Source: Liolophura sinensis (Eukaryota). Taken from it: a stretch of DNA of 64,000 nucleotides. Positions 25,283 through 37,775 of this stretch are shown piece after piece. The notes beneath the pieces are model-generated. The model was not told the origin of the DNA, searched no databases, and saw only the letters and a program-made list of their open reading frames with translations. Position 1 is the first letter of the stretch, and each line of letters opens with the position of its first letter. Where the stretch lies: the NCBI RefSeq assembly GCF_032854445.1, contig NC_088295.1, positions 32,082,510-32,146,509 of the forward strand. Direction: 5' to 3'. A program made the position numbers and the translations under genes.

Positions 25283-25625
25283 ATGACCAGGCCAGATTGA
25301 CCCTGTACTGATGTTCATAAAGTCAAGTGGACCTGAGTTGGAGCTGTTCCTTTTTGCAGAAGAATTGTTGCAAGTGTTCAAGTTACTTTCATGGTACCAT
25401 TGGAACAAGGCATCCTTATGTAATATATTTAAAATAAAATTTCATCCATAACTCACTTACTCTTTTTTCCTGATTCTGAGAGTTCTGTGGGTCTTGAAAA
25501 GGTTCTTTCACGTTTCATTGCAAGGTAAGATGATATCCATCTGGAAAGATGTTACCAAAAGTAATATTTTATTTGTTTATTTATTTCATAAATGGCAAAA
25601 AGTTATATCCTCCACACATCACACA
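25283..25625 (+). repeat. Dispersed repeat family B (~330 bp) in intron 17
   Basis: Near-identical copy at 35925-36250 and a partial copy at 57290-57430 (tggaacaaggcatcct.atgtaat.tattt.a.ataaaatttcatccat.act.acttact..ttttcctgattctgagagttct.tgg.tcttgaaaaggt...gatgatat.ca.ctggaaa.atgttaccaaaagta.tattttatttatttattt). Confidence 0.7.
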
Positions 25626-25758
25626 TACATGTCTGTATGTACTTATTTCCTTATTTTTTTCTTTTAGTACAGTCATCATATCATCATCAGGATATAATGT
25701 TACCATATTTCATAATGTTTGATTATCTTGATATTTACTGTATTTTTCTCGATTTCAG

Positions 25759-25945
25759 GCATGCATGCTAACATTTTACCCAGAGATTGATAGTGGAAAG
25801 TCAGGAGCATCCAAGACTGTCTTCCTTCTTGACATGTCTAACTCCATGAAAGAGAAAGCTGCTAAAGACGCTGTGACTCTGCTTGTCATGTTGCTCAACC
25901 AGCTCAACAAAAATACTCACTTCAATGTGATTGTCTTTGGAACTG
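25759..25945 (+). CDS. PARP4: PARP4-like exon 18 (vWA domain, MIDAS D.S.S)
   Basis: ACMLTFYPEIDSGKSGASKTVFLLDMSNSMKEKAAKDAVTLLVMLLNQLNKNTHFNVIVFGT(G), compare human ACMLVFQPDLDVDLPDLASESEVIICLDCSSSMEGVTFLQAKQIALHALSLVGEKQKVNIIQFGTG. Confidence 0.9.
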
Positions 25946-26836
25946 GTAAAAAAAAAATTTTTCCACTTAATAGCTCTTTATTTTGACTGACATTTCATAA
26001 ACACTGTATTATGATTTAGACTGTTTTGAAACCTGACCATTGCAGTAAGAGAACATATGTGATGTATAAAGGAAAGAGTTACTATACATTAGGCCATCAG
26101 TGAATTTAGTTGGTGGTACATTCCAGAGTTTCTTCTGTGCTGTGCTGTGCTGGTGTTTAAATGTGCATCTAATATTTTGAAACCAGCCAAGAAGATTGCA
26201 TGTTATGAGATAACTAACTTATAGGATGCTTTTGTAATATACATAATTAATATAGTTCATACTGGAATGATGCCCTTCAGGCAAACTATATATACTGCTG
26301 ACAGCTTGGGTAATTCCAGTAAAAATATAAGTTTTTTTGATGTGACTATGTAACAATCGTTGATATGATCTTTTGTCTGCCCATTCCCCTCCCCTTGCTT
26401 TACAAATGCCCCTGTCTGGGTTGTGTACATCATTGTCTTCCGATGTAACCCAATCTGGCTTGTGGGGAAGATATGTGAAAACTAATTAAGTAGGACTGTT
26501 TAAGAAGACCCACGCTTTGTTATATCACTTTTGTTATGATCTAATTAACTTTTGAAAAATATTACTGTATTTGTATATATTTTCTTAAATATACAGAAAT
26601 TCTTCATAACTTGTTCCTTGTACACATGTGTTAACAATTTTTATCATCCATGTGGTGACTGTATAAAGACTGTATATTGGTGGGGGGGGGGGCATATATG
26701 ATGATTTGTAAACACCTGGCACACAATCTAGTATTTTATTTATAGTGGTGTGTCAGTAGATTAATTTGTAAATTTGGAATTTAGTAAATTAAAGGCTTGA
26801 TGTTTCGTTACTGAGCAGTGTGGTTTTTGTCTTTAG

Positions 26837-26910
26837 ACTCAGAAGAGGTGTTCAGTGACTATCAACCAGTTACCAAAACCAGCATACAGGCTGTACTCAA
26901 ATTTCTCAAG
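26837..26910 (+). CDS. PARP4: PARP4-like exon 19 (vWA)
   Basis: (D)SEEVFSDYQPVTKTSIQAVLKFLK, compare human YKELFSYPKHITSNTMAAEFIMSA; phase closes the carry from exon 18. Confidence 0.7.
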
Positions 26911-27329
26911 GTTTGTATATAAAAAACTAAATGGAAAAGCTTTGAAGGAAAAGGGTAACACAGGGTCATATACAAGAAGATTTTGATACCTTTCACTGGT
27001 GGCCAAATTACAGCATATCCTAACAAGGCAAAAATTGTGGAGAATATTGTCCGATAATTTTTTAAAAAATTCCTTATATTCATAGAAACTGACTGTAGAA
27101 AGATTTATCGGTAACATCAAAACTTTAATTTGGTATAGGACATTAAGTTAAGGTTTTTGATGGTCTGGAAATAGTTTCACCCAAACTAGCCTACTAAAAG
27201 GGTGTCCAAAGGAAAAATCTGTATTTAGCACGGTAGCACATCGCATCATGAAAGAATTTACTATCAAAATAATTTATACTATCTCCCTATGCTGGTATGT
27301 CTTATTCTTTTTTGCTCTCCATTACACAG

Positions 27330-27520
27330 GAGAAGGTAACCAAAACTATGGGAGGAACAAACTTATATCACCCCCTCCATACCCTCCTGCTTCTTCAACC
27401 AACAAGTACCCCCCTCAATGTCCTCTTGATATCAGATGGCCATATCAACAATGAGGAGGTGATATTGTCTGATCTGATGATTAACTCTACTTCCCTTAGG
27501 CTCTTCACTGTCGGAGTCAG
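27330..27520 (+). CDS. PARP4: PARP4-like exon 20 (vWA)
   Basis: EKVTKTMGGTNLYHPLHTLLLLQPTSTPLNVLLISDGHINNEEVILSDLMINSTSLRLFTVGV, compare human TPTMGNTDFWKTLRYLSLLYPARGSRNILLVSDGHLQDESLTLQLVKRSRPHTRLFACGIG. Confidence 0.9.
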
Positions 27521-27976
27521 GTTTGTACATTTAGTAGTGAAAAATGTAGAGATTATTTCAGTTTGTTAGTTTGCTCAAAAATACCATTGTATACATGTGA
27601 ATGAATGATAAATACAGGAACGCTATTCATGCCATCTCAGGATGATCACTAAAGCACACCACAGTACATCAGTACAAAGTCATGGCATATGGGCCTGTAA
27701 TGTGTCTCGGTCATTGATAAGCAAACTTTAGGCATGATATACCAGGCCTATAAAGTTGATGACATTGCTCAGGTTGACCAAACATAATAACCTTTTTCTT
27801 TTTGTAGAATATCTCTGTACTTGTTTTTTTAAAGTATGTGTATGTAAGTCCATAGTGACCCAGTATATGAAACTAGTAAGGATTTCAGTTAAAATTGTAT
27901 GTGTGGATTTGAAAATGTTGTGCATGTTGTATTTTACAAGAATACAGGGGTGATTAATTCTGTTGTTTTCCACCAG

Positions 27977-28076
27977 TGATTCAGCTAACAGGCACAGATT
28001 AAGGTCTCTGGCAAGAATTGGAAGTGGCTGCTTTGAATTCTTCGACAGCAAATTGAAGTCTAAGTGGGGTGCAAAG
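27977..28076 (+). CDS. PARP4: PARP4-like exon 21 (vWA end)
   Basis: (S)DSANRHRLRSLARIGSGCFEFFDSKLKSKWGAK, compare human STANRHVLRILSQCGAGVFEYFNAKSKHSWRK. Confidence 0.9.
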
Positions 28077-28214
28077 GTGTGTAAAAGTTGTGTCAAAGTT
28101 GAAGCATATTTATATTGTCAGACATCTGATTTTTCAGGTTTCTCTTGGTACTAAAAGCATGAAGCAAAACTGTCATAAAAAAATCTCATAATTTGCTATA
28201 CCTTTGATTTATAG

Positions 28215-28385
28215 GTGAAGTCTGTATTGTACAGAGTGTCACAGCCCAGCCTCACCTCAGTGCATGTGGAGTGGCACCAGTATGATAACAACCCCCAACC
28301 TCCCATCCAGGCTCCCCGACAAATCATGTCTCTCTTCACGGGAACACGGCAGGTTGTCTACGGATTTGTCTCAAATTGCCAAATG
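28215..28385 (+). CDS. PARP4: PARP4-like exon 22
   Basis: VKSVLYRVSQPSLTSVHVEWHQYDNNPQPPIQAPRQIMSLFTGTRQVVYGFVSNCQM, compare human QIEDQMTRLCSPSCHSVSVKWQQLNPDAPEALQAPAQVPSLFRNDRLLVYGFIPHCTQ. Confidence 0.85.
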
Positions 28386-28574
28386 GTAAATGAAGCAAAT
28401 TTATCGTCAGTGCACACACAACTGATCCTGTGTGAAATGTCATGTACATGTATTTTAGATTTGTGCTGGGACAGGCATTGAAGAAAGGGTTAAAACATCC
28501 TCCGTCTCACCACAATCATCCTCCCTCTTCCAATAAGCATGTGTGAAGTTTGCTCCCACTAGGGTTTAAATCAG

Positions 28575-28797
28575 GGGGTGTGTGAGGAACTCCACCAATG
28601 CAGTCGCTGTGAGTTCAAGTCCAGACGCTGGCTTCCTCTCCGGCCATACGTGGGAAGGTCAGGCAGCAACCATGGTCGTGGGTTTCCCGCGGGCTCTTCC
28701 CGGTTTCCTCCCACCATAATGCTGGCCACCGTCGTATAAGTCAAATATTCTTGAGTACGGTGTCAAATACCAGTCAAATAAATAAATAAATAAATCT
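28575..28797 (+). mobile_element. SINE copy in intron 22, followed at 28798-28888 by the tail of a second copy
   Basis: 'ccaatgcagtcgctgtgagttcaagtccag...cctcccaccataatgctggccaccgtcgtataagtcaaatattcttgagtacggtgtcaaataccagtcaaataaataaataaataaatc', then 'caaagtgaaacactcttgagtacagtgttgaacagcaatcaaataagtaaag'. Confidence 0.75.
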
Positions 28798-29224
28798 GAG
28801 TTACTCCAGCTGGTCTTTGCTGTTTCATACACTTGCAAAGTGAAACACTCTTGAGTACAGTGTTGAACAGCAATCAAATAAGTAAAGAAGTACTTTTAAA
28901 TGCGTGCAGGCATAACTTAATCATTTAGCTGTTTGTTATAGTGTATTAAACATCATGCTGCATGTGTATGTTGATTAAAGAATGATTCAGTGGAAGTCAT
29001 ATCGTACAGTAGAATATTGGATCCTGACTTGATTAATATTACATCGGTTAATGATATGATCATATGTATGCTGCCATGTAGTGAAATTTTGACTCATGAT
29101 GCGTGATATTTTTGGTATAAACCATGACTGATTATTATTTGTGTTCTTGTATTTTGTCCAAAAATGGATGTTTTACATTCTGCATGTATTACAAAGGTTG
29201 ATATTTCTGATAATTGTTGTCCAG

Positions 29225-29305
29225 GCCACTTTGAAGGCTGTGGTGAACGGGGCAGAGATATCCACAGTGGTGTCATCCTCTCAACTCAGTAACACCAAAG
29301 GCACT
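29225..29305 (+). CDS. PARP4: PARP4-like exon 23
   Basis: ATLKAVVNGAEISTVVSSSQLSNTKGT, compare human ATLCALIQEKEFCTMVSTTELQKTTGT; donor act|gtgagt. Confidence 0.8.
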
Positions 29306-30135
29306 GTGAGTATCTGTATACTGTGAATAGTTAAATCAAAGGCACTGAGATCATCTGTATATTGTGAATAGTTAAATCAAAGGCACTGAGATCATCTGTA
29401 TATTGTGAATAGTTAAATCAAAGGCACTGAGATCATCTGTATATTGTGAATAGTTAAATTAAAGGCACTGAGAGCATCTTTACATTGTTAATAGTTAAAT
29501 TAAAGGCACTGTGAGCATCTGTACATTGTCAAAAGTTACACCAGAGGCACTGTGAGTATCTGTATACTGTGACTAGTAACACCAACGGCACTGAGTACAT
29601 CTGTATACTGTGAATAGTTAAATCAAAGGCACTGAGATCATCTGTATACTGTGAATAGCTAGACCAAAGGCACTGAGATCATCTTTTGTGAATAGTTAAA
29701 TTAAAGGCACTGAGAGCATCTTTACATTGTTAATAGTTAAATTAAAGGCACTGCGAGCATCTGTACATTTTCAAAAGTTACACCAGAGGCACTGTGAGTA
29801 TCTGTATACTGTGACTAGTAATCCTAAAGGCGCTGTTAGTATCTGTATACTGTGACTAGTAATCCTAAAGGCGCTGTTAGTATCTGTATACTGTGAGTAG
29901 CTACACCAATGGCACTGTTGGTATCTGTATACTGTGAAGAGCAACACCAAAGGCACTGTGAGTATCTTTATACTGTGAATAGTTGCACCAAAGGCACTGT
30001 TAGTATCTGTACACTGTGAAGAGCAACACCAAAGGCACTGTTGGTATCTATATACTGTGACTAGTAACACCAAAGGCACTGTTAGTATCTGTATACTGTG
30101 AAGAGCAACACCAAAGGCACTGTGAGTATCTGTAT
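29291..30135. repeat. Minisatellite, 41-bp unit x ~20, seeded from the exon-23 3' end plus 5' splice site
   Basis: The unit 'aaaggcactg(t)gag(t/a)atc(a)tctgtata(t/c)tgtgaatagttaaatc' starts inside exon 23. Several copies retain 'ggcactgtgagtatctg', which is the exon end plus GTGAGT donor. Confidence 0.9.
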
Positions 30136-30139
30136 TATG

Positions 30140-33100
30140 TAAATACATGCACAGTGTGGTAAGATTTACATTGTACATGTATGGCACTGTGCAGTAGATG
30201 TAGGTACATGAACAGTAAGGCAGGTATGGTACTGTGCATTAGATGTAGGTACATGAACAGTAAGGCAGGTATGGCACTGTGCAGTAGATGTAGGTACATG
30301 TACAGTAAGGCAGGTATGGTACTGTGCATTAGATGTAGGTACATGAACAGTAAGGCAGGTATGGCACTGTGTTAGAAGTATGTACATGTACAGTCAGGTA
30401 TGGCACTGTGCGTTAGATGTAGATACATGTACAGTCAGGTATGGCACTGTGCATTAGATGTAGATACATGTACAGTCAGGTATGGCACTGTGCGTTAGAT
30501 GTAGGTACATGAACAGTAAGGCAGGTATGGCACTGTGCAGTAGATGTAGGTACATGTACAGTCAGGTATGGCACTGTGCATTAGATGTAGGTACATGAAC
30601 AGTCAGGTATGGCACTGTGTTAGATGTAGGTACATATACAGTCAGGTATGGCACTGTGTTAGATGTAGGTACATGTACAGTCAGGTATGGCACTGTGCAT
30701 TAGATGTAGGTACATGAACAGTAAGGCAGGTATGGCACTGTGCAGTAGATGTAGGTACATGAACAGTAAGGCAGGTATGGCACTGTGCAGTAGATGTAGG
30801 TACATGTACAGTAAGGCAGGTATGGTACTGTGCATTAGATGTAGGTACATGAACAGTAAGGCAGGTATGGCACTGTGTTAGAAGTATGTACATGTACAGT
30901 CAGGTATGGCACTGTGCGTTAGATGTAGATACATGTACAGTCAGGTATGGCACTGTGCATTAGATGTAGGTACATGAACAGTAAGGCAGGTATGGCACTG
31001 TGTTAGAAGTATGTACATGTACAGTCAGGTATGGCACTGTGCGTTAGATGTAGATACATGTACAGTCAGGTATGGCACTGTGCATTAGATGTAGGTACAT
31101 GTACAGTCAGGTATTGCACTGTGCATTAGATGTAGGTACATGTACAGTCAGGTATGGCACTGTGTTAGATGTAGGTACATGTACAGTCAGGTATGGCACT
31201 GTGTTAGATGTAGGTACATGTACAGTCAGGTATGGCACTGTGTTAGATGTAGGTACATGTACAGTCAGGTATGGCACTGTGCATTGGATGTAGATACATG
31301 TACAGTCAGGTATGGCACTGTGCATAAGATGTAGGTACATGTACAGTCAGGTATGGCACTGTGCATTAGATGTAGGTACATGAACAGTAAGGCAGGTATG
31401 GCACTGTGCAGTAGATGTAGGTACATGAACAGTAAGGCAGGTATGGCACTGTGCATTAGATGTAGGTACATGTACAGTCAGGTATGGCACTGTGCATAAG
31501 ATGTAGGTACATGTACAGTCAGGTATGGCACTGTGCATTAGATGTAGGTACATGAACAGTAAGGCAGGTATGGTACTGTGCAGTAGATGTAGGTACATGT
31601 ACAGTAAGGCAGGTATGGTACTGTGCAGTAGATGTAGGTACATGAACAGTAAGGCAGGTATGGCACTGTGTTAGAAGTATGTACATGTACAGTCAGGTAT
31701 GGTACTGTGCATTAGATGTAGGTACATGAACAGTCAGGTATGGCACTGTGCATTAGATGTAGGTACATATACAGTCAGGTATGGCACTGTGTTAGAAGTA
31801 GGTACATGTACAGTCAGGTATGGCACTGTGCGTTAGATGTAGATACATGTACAGTCAGGTATGGCACTGTGCATTAGATGTAGGTACATGAACAGTAAGG
31901 CAGGTATGGCACTGTGTTAGAAGTATGTACATGTACAGTCAGGTATGGCACTGTGCGTTAGATGTAGATACATGTACAGTCAGGTATGGTACTGTGCATT
32001 AGATGTAGGTACATGAACAGTAAGGCAGGTATGTCACTGTGCAGTAGATGTAGGTACATGTACAGTAAGGCAGGTATGGCACTGTGCAGTAGATGTAGGT
32101 ACATGTACAGTCAGGTATGGCACTGTGTTAGAAGTAGGTACATGTACAGTCAGGTATGGCACTGTGCGTTAGATGTAGGTACATGAACAGTAAGGCAGGT
32201 ATGGCACTGTGCAGTAGATGTAGGTACATATACAGTCAGGTATGGCACTGTGTTAGAAGTAGGTACATGTACAGTCAGGTATGGCACTGTGCGTTAGATG
32301 TAGATACATGTACAGTCAGGTATGGCACTGTGCGTTAGATGTAGGTACATGAACAGTAAGGCAGGTATGGCACTGTGTTAGAAGTATGTACATGTACAGT
32401 CAGGTATGGCACTGTGCGTTAGATGTAGATACATGTACAGTCAGGTATGGCACTGTGCATTAGATGTAGATACATGTACAGTCAGGTATGGCACTGTGCG
32501 TTAGATGTAGGTACATGAACAGTAAGGCAGGTATGGCACTGTGCAGTAGATGTAGGTACATGTACAGTCAGGTATGGCACTGTGCATTAGATGTAGGTAC
32601 ATGAACAGTCAGGTATGGCACTGTGTTAGATGTAGGTACATATACAGTCAGGTATGGCACTGTGTTAGATGTAGGTACATGTACAGTCAGGTATGGCACT
32701 GTGCATTAGATGTAGGTACATGAACAGTAAGGCAGGTATGGCACTGTGCAGTAGATGTAGGTACATGAACAGTAAGGCAGGTATGGCACTGTGCAGTAGA
32801 TGTAGGTACATGTACAGTAAGGCAGGTATGGTACTGTGCATTAGATGTAGGTACATGAACAGTAAGGCAGGTATGGCACTGTGTTAGAAGTATGTACATG
32901 TACAGTCAGGTATGGCACTGTGCGTTAGATGTAGATACATGTACAGTCAGGTATGGCACTGTGCAGTAGATGTAGGTACATGTACAGTCAGGTATGGCAC
33001 TGTGTTAGAAGTAGGTACATGTACAGTCAGGTATGGCACTGTGCGTTAGATGTAGGTACATGAACAGTAAGGCAGGTATGGCACTGTGCAGTAGATGTAG

Positions 33101-34850
33101 GTACATATACAGTCAGGTATGGCACTGTGTTAGAAGTAGGTACATGTACAGTCAGGTATGGCACTGTGCGTTAGATGTAGATACATGTACAGTCAGGTAT
33201 GGCACTGTGCATTAGATGTAGGTACATGAACAGTAAGGCAGGTATGGCACTGTGCAGTAGATGTAGGTACATGAACAGTAAGGCAGGTATGGTACTGTGC
33301 ATTAGATGTAGGTACATGTACAGTCAGGTATGGCACTGTGCATTAGATGTAGGTACATATACAGTCAGGTATGGCACTGTGTTAGAAGTAGGTACATGTA
33401 CAGTCAGGTATGGCACTGTGCGTTAGATGTAGATACATGTACAGTCAGGTATGGCACTGTGCATTAGATGTAGGTACATGAACAGTAAGGCAGGTATGGC
33501 ACTGTGCAGTAGATGTAGATACATGTACAGTCAGGTATGGCACTGTGCATTAGATGTAGGTACATGTACAGTCAGGTATGGCACTGTGCATTAGATGTAG
33601 GTACATGTACAGTCAGGTATGGCACTGTGCATTAGATGTAGGTACATGTACAGTCAGGTATGGCACTGTGCATTAGATGTAGGTACATGTACAGTCAGGT
33701 ATGGCCTGTGTTAGAAGTATGTACATGTACAGTCAGGTATGGCACTGTGCGTTAGATGTAGATACATGTACAGTCAGGTATGGCACTGTGCATTAGATGT
33801 AGGTACATGTACAGTCAGGTATTGCACTGTGCATTAGATGTAGGTACATGTACAGTCAGGTATGGCTTTGTGTTAGATGTAGGCACATGTACAGTCAGGT
33901 ATGGCACTGTGTTAGATGTAGGTACATATACAGTCAGGTATGGCACTGTGTTAGATGTAGGCACATGTACAGTCAGGTATGGCACTGTGTTAGATGTAGG
34001 TACATGTACAGTCAGGTATGGCACTGTGTTAGATGTAGGTACATGTACAGTCAGGTATGGCACTGTGTTAGATGTAGGTACATGTACAGTCAGGTATGGC
34101 ACTGTGCATTAGATGTAGGTACATGTACAGTCAGGTATGGCACTGTGCATTAGATGTAGGTACATGTACAGTCAGGTATGGCCTGTGTTAGAAGTATGTA
34201 CATGTACAGTCAGGTATGGCACTGTGCGTTAGATGTAGATACATGTACAGTCAGGTATGGCACTGTGCGTTAGATGTAGGTACATGAACAGTAAGGCAGG
34301 TATGGCACTGTGCGTTAGATGTAGATACATGTACAGTCAGGTATGGCACTGTGCATTAGATGTAGGTACATGTACAGTCAGGTATTGCACTGTGCATTAG
34401 ATGTAGGTACATGTACAGTCAGGTATGGCTTTGTGTTAGATGTAGGTACATGTACAGTCAGGTATGGCACTGTGTTAGATGTAGGTACATATACAGTCAG
34501 GTATGGCACTGTGTTAGATGTAGGCACATGTACAGTCAGGTATGGCACTGTGTTAGATGTAGGTACATGTACAGTCAGGTATGGCACTGTGTTAGATGTA
34601 GGTACATATACAGTCAGGTATGGCACTGTGTTAGATGTAGGTACATGTACAGTCAGGTATGGCACTGTGCATTAGATGTAGGTACATGAACAGTAAGGCA
34701 GGTATGGCACTGTGCATTAGATGTAGGTACATGTACAGTCAGGTATGGCACTGTGCATTAGATTTAGGTACATGTACAGTCAGGTATGGCACTGTGCATT
34801 AGATGTAGATACATGTACAGTCAGGTATTGTATAAAGTTCCACTCAGTTA
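30140..34850. repeat. Large minisatellite, 41-bp unit (48-bp variant) x >100, 4.7 kb, in intron 23
   Basis: 'ggtatggcactgtgcattagatgtaggtacatgtacagtca', with a variant inserting 'gaacagtaaggca'. Higher-order blocks are visible; the core 'ggcactgtg' is shared with the exon-23-derived array. Confidence 0.95.
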
Positions 34851-35195
34851 CAGAAAGCTTTGTTGCCATTATCCTGAACATATTTCATTTTGTATCCACC
34901 CAAAAATACATAAAGAACTTGGAATAATCAAGTGAAGGTGTTATTGATAGGCTAAAAGAAAGTTAGAAATAATAAGTAACTATTTTTTAAATAAATATGA
35001 AATATTATGTTCTTAAATGCACTGAGATTCTGGAAACAGGGTTTCACCATTATTGCTTTAAAATTTTGATATCGTGGGAGTATTAAAGCAGTTATTATAT
35101 TCTATTTTGTGCAGAAAGGGAATGAAATTAATGAAAGGGTAACAGCCATATGCTTTATATAAAATTAATGACACATTTGTTGACTGTTGTTTCAG

Positions 35196-35276
35196 ATTGT
35201 TCACAAATTGACAGCCCGTGGTATTATTCGAGATTGGGAAGATGGCGTCTTGTCATTGGACAGAAACAAGCATGAG
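35196..35276 (+). CDS. PARP4: PARP4-like exon 24
   Basis: IVHKLTARGIIRDWEDGVLSLDRNKHE, compare human MIHKLAARALIRDYEDGILHENETSHE. Confidence 0.85.
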
Positions 35277-35924
35277 GTTGGCACTTTGTCTGTTTTTTTC
35301 TGTTTGCACCACTATTATTTTATGTTAATAATATGCATTAAGCAACTTTAGGGCAGTTGAATAATCAGCAGGTCTTATGTTCAAGACTTCAGGGGATCAT
35401 TTACAGTATACAGTTGATACAAGTGTTGTCCATGATTGATCATGTGCTCTAGTATGAAAAATTCGGTCTAATTCTACCTAACAAGTGACTTAGAATCACC
35501 AAAGCGAAGTTGCATTGTACTGATCCTGGGATTAGATATTGGCATTTGTGACATAAAGCAAACAATCGCGCTTGTGAGGTCATTTTATCAGTCTGACATT
35601 CTTTGAAGAATTGTCAAAGAATTTGTCTCTTCCTCCAATTTTTGTGTATCTATTTGTATGTCAGCATGGGAAAATGTGACCAAATGTCAGGGGTTTTAAA
35701 CCCAGAGTGCACCTCTTTCCTCCACCTATATACCTGACCATACTTTAGTATGTGGTGGATCTCATTATAAAACAATACAAGTTTATTGTCACTCAGCTCA
35801 CTGGCTTCTTTCGAAGTCGGAAGACTGGGATCAAACTTGGGTCAGATTATACTTGGCACTTGTTGTCACGTAGCTTGGCGCTCAAGAGCTGAACGTTTAA
35901 AGCAAGTAAACAGGAATGGTCGGC

Positions 35925-36250
35925 TTGGTGTTGGTATAATGTAACGTAGGTGTCAGAGTTGGAGCTGTTTGTTTTTGAAGAACAATTGTTTCAGTTGTTA
36001 CATTTACTATTGTGGTACTCTTGGAACAAGGCATCCTGATGTAATGTATTTGACATAAAATTTCATCCATGACTAACTTACTTATTTTTCCTGATTCTGA
36101 GAGTTCTATGGATCTTGAAAAGGTGTTTTTTCAGGTTTTCGTGAAAGGTTAGATGATATTCACCTGGAAAAATGTTACCAAAAGTAGTATTTTATTTATT
36201 TATTTATTTATTTTGTAAACAGCAAAGAGTTATGATTCTCCAGATATTAG
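35925..36250 (+). repeat. Dispersed repeat family B copy in intron 24
   Basis: About 85% identical to 25283-25625. Confidence 0.7.
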
Positions 36251-36346
36251 TGTAATGAGGATGTCTGATGTGTTCGGCATGACAATTCAGTGGTGGCAGT
36301 ATATGTACATACACCTTATGACTGCCCTCTTTGTCTTGTGTTGTAG

Positions 36347-37775
36347 GCTGATAGACTGGAGCTGAAGGAGTACATCATCAGGCTGAGTAAGGAGTACTCT
36401 ATTGTCACCCAGCTCACTGCCTTCTTTGTCTTGTGTTGTAGGCTTATAGACTGGAGCTGAAGGAGTACATCATCAGGCGGAGTAAGGAGTACTCTATTGT
36501 CACCCAGCTCACTACCTTCTTTCTCTTGTGTTGTAGGCTGATAGAGTGGAGCTGAAGGAGTACATCATCGGGCTGAGTAAGGAGTACTCTATTGTCACCC
36601 AGCTCACTACCTTCTTTGTCTTGTGTTGTAGGCTGATAGACTGGAGCTGAAGGAGTACATCATGAGGCTGAGTAAGGAGTACTCTATTGTCACCCAGCTC
36701 ACTACCTTCTTTATCTTGTGTTGTAGGCTTATAGACTGGAGCTGAAGTACATCATCAGGCGGAGTAAGGAGTACTCTGTTGTCACCCAGCTCACTACCTT
36801 CTTTGTCTTGTGTTGTAGGCTGATAGACTGGAGCTGAAAGAGTACATCATCAGGCTGAGTAAGGAGTACTCTGTTGTCACCCAGCTCACTACCTTCTTTG
36901 TCTTGTGTTGTAGGCTGATAGACTGGAGCTGAAAGAGTACATCATCAGGCTGAGTAAGGAGTACTCTATTGTCACCCAGCTCAATACCTTCTTTGTCTTG
37001 TGTTGTAGGCTGATAGACTGGAGCTGAAGGAGTACATCATCAGGCGGAGTAAGGAGTACTCTGTTGTCACCCAGTTCACTACCTTCTTTATCTTGTGTTG
37101 TAGGCTGATAGACTGGAGCTGAAGGAGTACATCATCAGGCTGAGTAAGGAGTACTCTATTGTCACCCAGCTCACTACCTTCTTTGTCTTGTGTTGTAGGC
37201 TGATAGAGTGGAGCTGAAGGAGTACATCATCAGGCTGAGTAAGGAGTACTCTATTGTCACCCAGCTCACTACCTTCTTTATCTTGTGTTGTAGGCTGATA
37301 GACTGGAGCTGAAGGAGTACATTATCGGGCTGAGTAAGGAGTACTCTATTGTCACCCAGCTCACTACCTTCTTTGTCTTGTGTTGTAGGCTGATAGACTG
37401 GAGCTGAAGGAGTACATCATCAGGCTGAGTAAGGAGTACTCTGTTGTCACCCAGCTCACTACCTTCTTTGTCTTGTGTTGTAGGCTGATAGACTGGAGCT
37501 GAAGGAGTACATTATCGGGCTGAGTAAGGAGTACTCTATTGTCACCCAGCTCACTACCTTCTTTGTCTTGTGTTGTAGGCTGATAGACTGGAGCTGAAGG
37601 AGTACATTATCGGGCTGAGTAAGGAGTACTCTATTGTCACCCAGCTCACTACCTTCTTTGTCTTGTGTTGTAGGCTTATAGACTGGAGCTGAAGGAGTAC
37701 ATCATCGGGCTGAGTAAGGAGTACTCTATTGTCACCCAGCTCACCAGCTTTGTGGCTGTGGAGGAGAGAGCAAAG
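36347..37775 (+). repeat. 95-bp tandem array x15, each unit = polypyrimidine tract + AG acceptor + first ~70 nt of exon 25. Only the last copy carries the authentic exon 3' end and donor.
   Basis: Unit 'gctgatagactggagctgaaggagtacatcatcaggctgagtaaggagtactctattgtcacccagctcactaccttctttgtcttgtgttgtag'. The final copy continues '...cagctcaccagctttgtggctgtggaggagagagcaaag|gtagga'. Confidence 0.9.
37674..37775 (+). CDS. PARP4: PARP4-like exon 25 (the one complete copy)
   Basis: AYRLELKEYIIGLSKEYSIVTQLTSFVAVEERAK, compare human QTLKSLIIKLSKENSLITQFTSFVAVEKRDENE; acceptor ttgtag|, donor aag|gtagga. Confidence 0.75.

Noticed and set aside
30135-34689. Many 60-110-aa ORFs on both strands (MALCIRCRYMNSKAG…, MYLHLMHSTIPALL…)
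   Set aside because: Artefacts of the 41-bp minisatellite.
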